From assembly GCA_965113315.1 (NCBI GenBank), contig OZ220377.1: DNA of 64,000 bases, one strand, 5' to 3'. The notes beneath the pieces were generated by a model, which searched no databases, was not told the origin of the DNA, and worked only from the letters and a program-made list of their open reading frames with translations. This document shows positions 11,401 through 23,400 of the stretch, piece by piece (within the stretch, counting starts at the first letter, position 1; every line of letters begins with the position of its first letter). A program made the position numbers and the translations under genes. The DNA is from Podarcis vaucheri. Its lineage: Eukaryota.

Positions 11401-14400
11401 TTCCCCATTTCTTTTGTGCAGATAATTTATGGGTAGATACCTTGAAAAAGGTGGGGGGCTTAACCACACAGCAGGCTTTATTTCATTTATTCATTTGACA
11501 GGATTTATATATTGCTTAATGAATTATTATGACCTCTAAGCTGTTTAATGGTCATTGCTTTGCACTGAGAGTCTGGGGCTATTGCGTTTCTGTTGATCAC
11601 AGTGGCTTTGTAGAACCTCCATGTTCAGAGGCATTCTGCTGCAGGATTCCAGTTGCAGGTGACCCTTGCCTTTGCACACTGTTTATGGCCTCCCCCAAAG
11701 TGTCTTGCTGACCACTGGACGGAGGGGGGGGAGAGACAAAATACTGGACTTATTTGACCTGGGTTTTTTTTCTTACAACTCGTGATTATTTTCAGACAAT
11801 TCTCAGCATCTGCATATAACTTTGTCCCAGAGTCCCTGGGCCACTTTCAAACTGATTTAGTGAAGATGGGGCTAGAGAATTTTTAGAGACTGCATGCAGA
11901 ATATGATTCTAAGAATGCTGGGATACTGAGATGAGCCTGGGAGTTGAACAGAAGCTATCCAGACTTCAGAGGGAAATCAGGAGAGGTCTTATTTTTAAGA
12001 GAGACATCTCCCTGCTTGGTTTTAAAACAGGGGGGTGCTTAGTTTGGGAGGTGGGATCTAGATCCAGTCCATATCTTGGGGAACACACACTGGCTTGTGA
12101 TGGAACGCAAGGACAGTGCTTCTATACAAAGGAATTAGGAATGTTTCCTCCTCTACATTTTTGGAATTTTTGTGCTGTCCAGCCTATTCCTGGGCAAGGG
12201 GGCAATGGGTCTTACTCTGATATGTAGTGGTTGCTAACTGGATTGTGAGTGGTTATATTGTCAGCTGTTTGCCCCCAAGCTGATTATGTTTTATTCTGTA
12301 CCATATTTTAGGATACATTTTAGAGAATTTAATGAATGTTTTAAAAATCTGGTGCTGCATAAATCTACTCATTAAAAAATAAATAAATAAATTCGCGCTG
12401 GGCAGAATTGGGGGCAGCAGAAAGGGTTATTCCTATGTATTCTGAGTCCTGGACTATAGCAGATGGTTCAGTATCAGTGTGTCAGTATTATAAGCCTTCC
12501 CACAGTATGGACCCTGCCTGTCCTCTTCTTTGGCTCATCCCTGCACAGGAAACCTGTGTCGTTTTGTGTTCTTGCAAAGTTACATGCTGTATGTAGGCAA
12601 AAGAAAGATTGTTTTCGGGTTGTTGTTGTTTTTTTGCAGGGGAGAGGCAAAGTGTGGCAGTGTAGCAGGAGGCGTGCAAGCAGTGTATCTGTGTTGTGTT
12701 TGGGATGTGCATCCCGTGGCGTTTTGGCAAATGTGCTGTGCCCCTCTGAGCGTTTGCTCTTGTGTTTGGCATCCAGGGTGAAGAAGGCCCACCCAGTCTG
12801 GAATACATCCAGGCCAAGGACTTGTTCCCTCACAAAGAGCTGATCAAGGAAGAAGAGTCTTTACAGGTAAGCTACCTGGGGGGCTCTGGCAGGCTGGATG
12901 GTGCTTGGTGCGATTCCTTATGGCCGGGCAGGAGGGGTGAGGACTGCGGGTGTGTAATAAATCTCCCTCCAGACTCCTGGAAGCGAATGTTTCCTGCAGC
13001 CTGAGTGCAAAGCTGTGTCACAGCTGCTGCTGCAAGGACACACTGTTATCACTCTGGAGTCATTCAGACCTCTGTGAGTCCTGGTCCTTTCCCCTGCTCC
13101 TCAGAGCTAGTTCTCTGTCCCTTCTAGAGCTGCACCATATTTCTTCTGCTTTGCAAGGGAGGGACAGGGACAAACAGAGTAGCACACACAATCTGCTGGA
13201 ATGTGCAATCTCCTGGAGACTTGTGACCACCAAAAGAAAAGAAATAGTGGGAAAGAAACTGAAAATTCAAAATGTCCTTAATGACCCTGAGTTTTTGTTT
13301 TTTAATGTGCCAGTCTAAGCCACTCCTGGCAATGAACTGGGACAGTGAACAGCCAGAAGCAGAATCTCTTTAAATGTTGCAAATCTGTCTATCAGCTGCT
13401 GATAGCCAAGAACACAACTACCTCCCGTACCTAAGCTGTCAGGCTGGGCTGGACTTTATTATTACATTATAGCTATTGTCACAGTAAAATTCACGTTGGG
13501 CTCCCAGAATGAGAAATATGTAGCAACAGAGGTCACAAAGAGTCGGACACGACTAAACAACAACAAAAGCTTTTACATTATCAAGGGCTCAATCTTTGGG
13601 TTACAGAGATCTTTGTGAGTGTTCAAGGCTGAAGAAAACGGCTACTGGGCTAGACTAGCATTGACCCCAGACATGTTTTGTCATGTCTTAAAATAGTTGT
13701 ACAGTTTTCTGTGCACGCCTTTCAGAGGGCCAATCAAGCCTTGGTTTCCTTTTGTCTGTAAAGGCGTTTGAGAAATTTCTATGTCGACCTGGGATAGTTC
13801 AGTTGGTATATCACGAGACTCTCGCGATCTCAGGGTTGTGGGTTCGAGTACCACATTGGGCAAAATTTCCCTGCATTGCAGGGTGTTGGACTTAATATTC
13901 CTCATGGTCCCTTCCAACTCTACAATTTTAAGATTCTGGGAGACTGTTAATTCACTGTCCAAGTTCCCTATGCATTTATAGACTGTAAGGTGTTGTGCAT
14001 CTTAGAAAGGGGAACCTCCACAATAAAAGAGGCCTTCTGAGCTGAAGCTAATAAATATAGAAAATGTAGTTGCACCTGGATTTCAACATGGGCCATGTAA
14101 TTGGGCAATGTAATTGGAATGTCATATGAACAAGATCTTGTCTGGTGAACTCAGTGCAGATTTAAGCAAAATCCCCCAAATACCACTTCTGAACACATTT
14201 ATTATATATTGGATTAAAAGGGATTGGGGGGATGATAGCTAAATATCCTGTAAAGTGACCATAGGGAAACAGAACCCACACAGAGAGGAATTTTCTGTGG
14301 CTCCCCTCTGATGCCGCCTCCTTTCCACCCAAATACTCTGAGGAGGACTGTAATAATTTATTGTTTGGGCCAGCTATTGGCATGGGAGGATTACACTTCC

Positions 14401-17400
14401 AAATATGAGGCTGAATTTTTAGCATATATTTTTCTTTGCCTTGATTTTTAAATTGTGTGCATTGACACACACTCTAGATCTTAGAATATTAAACTCAAAC
14501 AACCAAGTAAAACAGAGGGATGCTGCATATGGAATTGGGGCTCCCTGTCTTCTGTGTGCTCATACATATATTTTATCATGGTTATGCATGGGGGCAGTGA
14601 GAACAAATTACAGGAGGAGGCTTTTAAGAATATGCCCTGTGATTTGCTTCCTGTGATGTGCCGATGTGCCTTTGAGCCTTGTTCAATTTTGCTGTGTCAG
14701 TGTTGCCACAGAAGAGTTGTAACGGGGGGGCGGGGGGGAGGAGAGGCAGCCTGGGCATCCCGCTGCACGATTTCATATTCTCCTTCCCCCAGGGAATAAA
14801 ATCACATTTCATAAAATCTCAGCGGTGTTTCAAAGACGCAGGCAGCCGGCTCTGAACGCTTTCTTGTTCCTTGTTGAAGCCCAGAACTTAAAAGGCCAGA
14901 GTGAGGCAGCGAGGCGTCCCTTTTTTATGCTGCCAGCTAAATATCACTCCAAACCCTCCCCCTCTGATTTCCACAGTCCTGTGAGAATTTCACATCCCCT
15001 GCACAATTTCACACCAGCCTTCAGGTGTTAAGCTTCCCAGTTAACCAGCAGAAAGGGAAAAAAGAGGAAAGGAGGAGATCTAAATTTAAGCATGGGAAGA
15101 TACCCCTTGATGTTTTCAGGAGGAAACAAACACAATTTAGCAGTTCGGTTCAAATGCAGTACAGACCAACAGTTCAGAGGATCATCTCTTCCCACATCCT
15201 TGATGGGGGGTGGGGGGAAGGGGTTGGGGGAAAGCTCTTAAAATGTGGTTGTATGGTATTTGTGCAGTATGTATCTTAACATAGCAGGGAGATACAGCAA
15301 TTGGGAGGTAACTTTAGTTGGCTGGTCACATTAGAAACAAAGAAGCTGCCTTATATACAGAATCATCTAGTGTAGCAAGTGAAGACTTGTGGGGGTCTCT
15401 CCCAGCCTTCCTGAAGAAGCAGGGGCGCCATCTCACCCTCAGGATTGTGGGTGCCAGCCACCATAACGCGAACATGTGACATCACACACACAACGTGTAA
15501 CATTGCGTCACATTTTTGGAGGGGGGCTTCTCCAAAAATGCAACATGACGTTGCGTGCTGTGTGTGTGGTGTCACACTCCTCATGTTCCTAACTCCTTGT
15601 TTTAAAAGAAGAGGAAATCCGAGGCTGTATTTTGAGGAGATTGAAGCCATTGTTTCCATGCATCTCTTGGGACCTGTTCCCACTGCAGACACCCAGAAGA
15701 GTGCTGGACTGATGGTGAGAACTGTAGAGCCAGGAACAGGCTTAGTGACCTTGCTCTTTTTGTATCCCAGTGCAGTGTCCTTCAACCCTTCTTGTCCCCA
15801 GGTGATTTTGGCCTACAGCTTCCATCTTTCCTGACTGTTGACTATGCTAGCTGGGGTGGGGTGAAGTGATGGGACTTGTAGTCCAACATCTTCAGGGGAT
15901 TCCAGATTGTAGAGCACTGCTCCAGTACCTTGAGAACTTTCCAGCTTGTTCCCAAGTGGAAGTCCTCATGGACTTAGATGTCAATATTTTTCTCTCTCTC
16001 TTAGTCACCTGTTCAAGTGATGCTGTGGGTGGTGGCCTCCTTGGAACTTCAGCCAGAAGGTTTTAACACTCCTCCTTTCCCCTTCCAGGTTCCATTTTCA
16101 GTGCTACAGGGAGAGGGTGTGGAATATTTGGGCCATGCGAGTGACGCCATCATTGCCATTTCGAACTACCGGCTCCATATCAAGTTTAAAGACTCTGTAA
16201 TCAACGTACGTCTGGGGCTACACGTCTGTCTCTCTGTCTGTTTGGGCAGAGTCTGCAATGTCTTTGATTAGGTCGCTCCCCCCCCTTACCATTGGAAGAG
16301 TCCTTTATTCTCCCCTTTTCAACCCTGCTGCCAAAATGGTCCTATTTGGGTGCTCCTTGCTCCCCTGTCCCCCTGATCAACCCACTCAGTCTGGGCTGTT
16401 TGTTCTTCAAGCAGCCCCAGGTGACTCAAGCAAAGGGAGGGAACAATCATACCCTCTGGAGGAAGATACATGCACAAACACCCTTAGAAAGATCACTACC
16501 AATCTGACATTTGTGGGTGAGGTGCGTGGAATTCCTTCTTGAAGGATTCACTGAAAATTGTAACACAATAATATGCAAATATAGGAAGTAAAAGAAACAA
16601 TGGAAATGCAATTAAAAGTCAATATGAATGCCTCTGGACCGCCTGGGTGAAACTTGTGGGCAACTGGTGGTATACAGATAAACTCTGTGTTAGAATAATA
16701 CAGATTTTGTTGCTAATGCTGTGGGGCCTCATTAATGTGACATCCCTTTGGACGTCAGCATATCTTAATCTGGGATATTAGAAATGTGGGAAGTTTGGTT
16801 AGGTTTCTGCCCGCAGAGGTTGGCATTTGCCTGCCTTGTTAGTTAGTTAATTTACTTATTAATTACATTTATATCCCACCTATCCTCCTAGGCGCTCAAG
16901 GTGGTGTACATAGTGCTCCCTTCCCCTTTTATCCTGTGCAACTCTGTGAGGTAGTTTAGACTGTGGCTGGCCCAGTGTCACTCAGTGAACTTCATGGCTG
17001 AGCAGGGATTTGAACCCTGGTCTCCAAGGTTCTTGTCTGACACTCCATAACCACTACACCGCACAACCTCACACTGATTCATTAATTCCTTGTCTTTTGT
17101 TCTAGGTGCCTTTGAGAATGATGGAAAGTGTGGAGAGTCGGGACATGTTCCAGCTTCACATTGTCTGCAAGGACTCCAAAGTAGTCAGGTAGGTGCTACC
17201 TGATAACAGCCTAGGGTTATAGCAGGCAGGTAACTAACATAGATGAGGGGGTGGGGGAAACTCATTTTGGGTGAAGGGCCACATTCCCCTTGGAAACCTG
17301 TTGTGGTTATACATTCCAGTATTGGGTCAGACCAGACCCACACATCTGCCTGTTGTGTCGTGACCTGCCTTGAGATCATCTATGAGAAAGGGCAGAATAT

Positions 17401-20400
17401 TAATGTTATTAAATAAACAAAAATTAATGCACACCATCACACAAACCTATTTCCCATGGAAACAGACGCATGTATTTAATTCTTAGCAATGCCATTCATG
17501 TTTCACGTTTTTCTTCGTCAGCCCTTTTTTCCTTTTTTTAGCACAGAGATTATAGAAAAAGCTCTTCAACACCCTTTATCTATCCTGGCTTTGAAAAATG
17601 CAAACTCATTAAATCCCCTTGGAAGAATGCAAATAACTTCAGCGCACACAATTGAACTACAAACTCTGCCTTACGGTTTTTGTAAACTTCAGAAATCAGC
17701 TGCATCTCAGAAATTGCACACATGCAGTTGCAAAATGCATGGACTCCTTTTTGCATATTTGCAAGGGTTCTGAGTCTGCCAAGACATTTCCAACATAGAA
17801 AGCTGCCTTGCACTAAGCCCAGACCTTTGGTCCATCTAGCTCAGTATTGTCTACATCTGAATTGACCGGCAGAGGCCCCCCAGGGTTTCAGACAGAGAAC
17901 ATTCTCAGTCCTACCTGGTGCTGCCATTAGTAATTGAACCTAGGACCATCTACATCCAAAGCAGATGCTCTACCACTGAGCTACGAGCCTTTCCATGCTT
18001 TAAACTTGTAATGGGCAGAGCTGCCATTGCACGCTGCATGGCATCAAAACCCTTCCTTCCTTCCCCAATGGCACAGTTAAAATCTGGCTGTGAGCTGCAT
18101 GCAGGGGATTCCCCACCACTCCTCTTAACGTATGGTGTTGGTAGTGTGGTCTGTAAACCAGGTCCCCTCACCAGAACATAAGAATTGCCTAGGTGAATTA
18201 GGCCAAGGTTAAACTTGCCCAGTGTTCTCTTTCCAATGGGGAGCAGCCCAGAAGCAGTTCGTGAAGGCAGCAGTGCCCCCCCATCCACTTTATTTCCTCC
18301 ATCACCATCTGGTATTCAGAGGTAGACTTCCCCTGCAAATGGAAGTTCAGTTTTCTGCCCTGGCTAACAACACCTTGCAAAGAACTCTCCTCTACAAATT
18401 TGTCTTTGGGGCTACCAACGCTGATGGCTTTAAAAGAAGATTAGACAAATTTATGGAGGAGAGGGCTAATGATGGCTACTAGCCACGATGGCTCTGCTCT
18501 GCCTCCACAGTCAGAGGCTGTAATGCTTTTGAATACCAGTTGCTGGAAACCACAGGAAGGGAAAGGGCTCTTGTGCTTGGAATCTGTTGGAGGGTTTCCT
18601 ACAGCTATCTGGTCGGCCACTGTGAAAACATGCTGAACTACATGGGCCTTTGGACTGATTCAGCAGACTCTTCCTATGTTCTTAAGTGGTTTTTTGAAGT
18701 TGTATTTATATGTATGTTTTAAAAAGCAACAGCACTAGGAACAAAAGTGGTTAACGGTTAAAGGAAAAAGGGAGTTCAAACCTTGCTGTTCTTAGGTACA
18801 TGTCACAGGTCTAGTAGATATATCATCCCATTATACAGAGTTTTTGTTGTTAAATGTTTTTATTGAGTCTCTAAGCTAGTGGCCACAGGCAGTAGACATC
18901 AAAGAGATTGTGGGTGCTTATGTCTCCTTTCATTCCTGTAGTTCAGTCTGTCTGTCTTGCTTTTCTGAGCATTACAAAGTGTGCCTGTACCCATCTATGT
19001 CTTGCAGGTGCCATTTTTCTACTTTTAAGCAATGCCAGGAATGGCTGAAAAGGCTGAGCCGAGCCATCGCTCGCCCTACCAGGCCGGAAGACCTGTTTGC
19101 GTTTGCTTACCACGCCTGGTGCTTGGGGGTTTGTGCTGATGAAGAGGACCAGCATGCTCACCTCTGCCGCCCTGGTAGGTCAAAAGGGACACCTTCTAAG
19201 GCAAATCTAAGAGGGGCCTCTAGCCGCCGTTTTTCATGCCTCGCCATGCTGGGCCCCGTTAACCCCCTCCTCACCAATTTAAGACAGAGCTGTGCTCTGA
19301 CAGCCTTTGCTTACCTGGTTTCCCTCCAGAGATTTTGGACGACAGCTCCCATCAGCCCCAGCCAGCACGACTGTGCTGCCATCTTTTGCAGCATCATGTG
19401 GCAGTTTTGACAGGGAATGGTGGGAGCTGGAGTCCCAAACTTCTGGATGGCACTTGGTGCTTGAGCTGACTTTAAAAAAACTGCTTATCCCTTTACAGGA
19501 GACCATGTGAAATACCGCTTTGAGATGGAGCTGACTCGGATGGGCTTTGACTTGCAAAATGTGTGGAGGGTTTCTGACATCAATAACAACTACAAGTGAG
19601 TCACCGATAAAGGCTTCACCGTCTTCAGAGGCAAAAAGAATCTGCAGCCCCTCACCCGCCTTGTTACTGGGCATTACATTAGCTAGGCATCTATCCCTTT
19701 AGAACAGTGGTTCCCAAAGGGTGAGATTACCTGGGGGGGGTGTGCTGGAGGTAGATATGACTATCAGACTTCAAATGCTGGCATCACTGGATCAAGTTCA
19801 TCACCTTTGTTGAATTAATTCTTTAACTGGATTTTGAATAAATGTGCAATAGATTGTTACTGCTTTGAATTTTATTGTGTTATTATCTTCCATAGTGGGT
19901 CCTCCAAATGGCTATTCTGAATAATGCTTCTTTTAGGGTAGGATACTGGGAATGAGTTTATGGGACCCAAGGGGATAGTGGTCCAAAAAAGTTTGGGAAC
20001 CCCTGCTTTAGAATATAGGAACGTGAAACAAATAATATAGGAGCAGAGACAATGCCTCTTGCTTGTCTGGATGGAGAGAGGACGTGTGTGTGTGTGAGGT
20101 GTGTAGAAACCCACAAAAATTCCAGTTTTGTGTGATTGGAATGCATCTTGTTGTACAAAGGTGAGAGTCACATCTTTGACCCACCCACTTTTGCCTCTAG
20201 CTCCGCCCATCACTGGCATGCAGCCTTTGGACATTTCCCCAGGTCCGAAGTGCTACCCTTGGGCTGAAAAAGGCCCCCTGCTCCCGCCCCACTTGTGATC
20301 ACCTAAGATTGCCTATCCCTTTTCTTCCCCTTCTATTTCCAGTTGAAGAGCCCGTTGTTGTTGTTGTTGTTGTTGTTGTTGCTGCTACACATTTCAGAAG

Positions 20401-23400
20401 TTCTTCTTAGTGGCTCTCCAAACATGCACAGCCTTGCAATTTTTTAAAAAAAAATAAGGTCTGGAATTTGCTCTCATTTCTTTCACTCCTGTCCCATGGT
20501 CAGCTCCCTGTGTCTTTTCTTTCTTAGGTTGTGCACCAGCTACCCGCAGAAACTCCTGGTTCCTGTTTGGATCACTGACAAGGAGCTGGAGAACGTGGCT
20601 TCCTTTCGATCGTGGAAGCGAATTCCAGCAGTTGTGTATAGGTACGAAAAAGAACCCTTCAACTATAGAAGGTTTCAAATCCAGTGGCAGCTGAGGGGAA
20701 TCACTGAGATTCTGTGGATTGAAGGCTGCAAACCATGGTCCTGCTTATATCTTATCAGCCAAAGATTGATCAAATTGGATTATTCATCTGTTTTTAGATA
20801 TAGGCCAAGTAGACTAGACGATCTGTAGGCTCATGGCCTGATCTACAAAACCCTTACCATCCTTGTTGCTGTCTGGTTTGGTTCTAGAGTTGCTATGGGA
20901 ATTTATTTGTTATTTAGTTGGTGTTGTATGTACAGAGCCTTTGCAGAAAGAGAGTGAGTTCAGGGCTGTGTACCCTCATCTGCAGCACAAGGTCTGGTCT
21001 TTGACACAGAATTTACCTTCTTATTTTTGCATTTTCATAACTCAACTAACAGGGAGGACCTTTTCCTCATGTTGCTTTGCAGATCTTTCTCTCTGTCTCT
21101 CAGTCCTACAACTCCTAGCATCCCCAGCCAGCATAGGCAATGGACAGGGATCATGGGATTTGTAGTCCGAAACATCTGGAGGGTACGGCATTGTGGAAGG
21201 TTGCTGCAAACATAGAATTGTAGAGTTGGACGGGATTCTGAGGGTCATCTAGTCCAGCTACTAGATCATACATGCAATATGGAATAAGGCTCCATATTCT
21301 TTCACGGGATCCTGGGAAATGCTACTTCTCCCTGACCTCCCCGATCAAAAAATATCCTTATTATTTGGCTGAGAAGCTGTGGCTTCTTGAGACGGGTCCA
21401 TGTACTCTGGAACTAGTGGGCTTCCTTGATTTCCCTCCCAGACATTTGCGCAACGGGGCGGTGATTGCGCGCTGCAGTCAGCCGGAGATCAGCTGGTGGG
21501 GCTGGCGCAACGCTGATGACGAGTACCTCGTAACCTCCATCGCCAAAGCCTGTGCCTTGAACCCTGGACAGAGGCTGGCAGGGGGGACCCCGCACTCTGG
21601 GCTCAGCGACGGGAACGAGGCCTGTGATGCTGGTTTTGGTAAGTAAGGCAGGCAGGCATGTTCTCATCTCTCAACTTTTGCTGCTTAAATGCTGTATCGC
21701 CCTTCGACAGAGTTTGGTCCCTTGACCATGATAGCATAGGCCTGGCCTTACTTCTAGTGTCTTCTTGAAGAGTGTGGTTAAAATTGTAGCCCCGGAATTC
21801 TCTTTAGTCCAGTCCCTGTTCCACATAGGAATTGTGCAAATAAAGCCACAAGCTGGTTTTCTGCTGAAAGGTTCTAGGAGGGCAGCTACTGCCAGAAGCT
21901 GGAAAGAAAGACTCCAAGATTATGATCCCAGTTAGCCATCTAAAAAGCAGATCATGAGAGCTGATAAGTCGTTTCCCCCCCAGCTCTGCTTTGAACACAC
22001 TGCAATTGGGAGTGTTGTGAGAGCATAGAGAGAAGGCTGCAAGCCGACCTCTGATTCCCTATCAAAACAGCTAATGGCCAGTGTAAGGACATTAATGGTT
22101 GCGCCTACAGTTTTTGTTTAAAGAGTGTAGTTCGTTGTCATCTCTTGTTATGCCTCTGACAGACTTGTGGAGTGCAGTTATACCCTTTCCTCATTACTTT
22201 ATCCCTGAAAGCTGCTCTCTGTTTGCCACCTCCAATTTCTGCTTGAATTTCTCCTCCTTGAACACTTGTTCACAAGGCCCAAACCAGAAATAGTATTCTA
22301 GATATGGCATCATGTAATGCTTCTGAGAATTATGACTGCAAAGAAGGCAAAGGCTGCTTAGTTATCCTTTGTTGGTACTTTTGTTCAAGTTCATTCTGAG
22401 GCCGCTTTTTTATTTTTCTTCTGAATTCCATATTGCTGGGCAGATTGTATAGAATTAGGACATTGATCGGGAGATGGGAGACTGAACTGTCCTTTTTGCA
22501 GATTCATCTCTGACTGCGTGCTCAAGTGTGGAGAGTTCAGCAACACCTCAGAAGCTGCTGATCCTGGATGCCCGGTCCTACACTGCCGCTGTCGCCAACC
22601 GAGCTAAGGGAGGAGGCTGTGAATGTGAAGGTACGAGGGGCATTTGAGCACACAATAGGGGTACATGAGTCAAAGCCCCTAAGAGAAGTGCTGGTGTGGC
22701 TTTCTGCTCCCCAGCTCCCCATCTCTGTGCTTTACTTGTCAGGAGGGGATGGGAGAGGACAGGAGCATGCGCCCAGGGCAAATCCAACCTGTTTTGCCAC
22801 AGCTGAGTCACAAGGTGTCCTTTTCAGAAAAGTCTCTGCTGCTATTCATTTATTCACTCACTCACTCACTCACTCACTCACTCACACACATGCTATTCTT
22901 TGTGAGTGGGTCGGCTGTAAGGCAGGTTGGAGGGTGCATCTGCAATGTGTGGTCAGATTTTAAGCATTCCTCCCATTATTCATGCCTCATTGTGGTTGGG
23001 TTATATAGGCTCATGTTAAAAACTTTGATATATGTAATTGCAACTCTGTAATATGTTTTTTATATCGAATATGTTCCGTGTATGGTTCTCTTACTGTTTA
23101 CATGTTTATGTGTTAGTTTGTGACAGATCAGTAACAAATAGAATAATATTTTTTTTTGCTGCGAGATATTTCCTTTGACAGCCAGCGTCAGCTTCCAGCT
23201 GACCCTCTCCCTTTCTGTGCTGTGTTTCAGAGTATTACCCAAACTGTGAAGTGGTGTTCATGGGGATGGCCAACATCCATTCCATCCGCAACAGCTTCCA
23301 GTACCTGCGGGCTGTCTGCAGTCAGATGCCAGACCCTAGCAAGTAAGTTCCAATCTGCGTTTTCAGTTGGTTAATGGGACTGATAACTTTTAACTCCAAT

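Noticed and set aside
13786-13861. tRNA-Lys gene
   Set aside because: Anticodon loop and stems are disrupted and it is fused to a CR1-type tail, so it is a SINE head.
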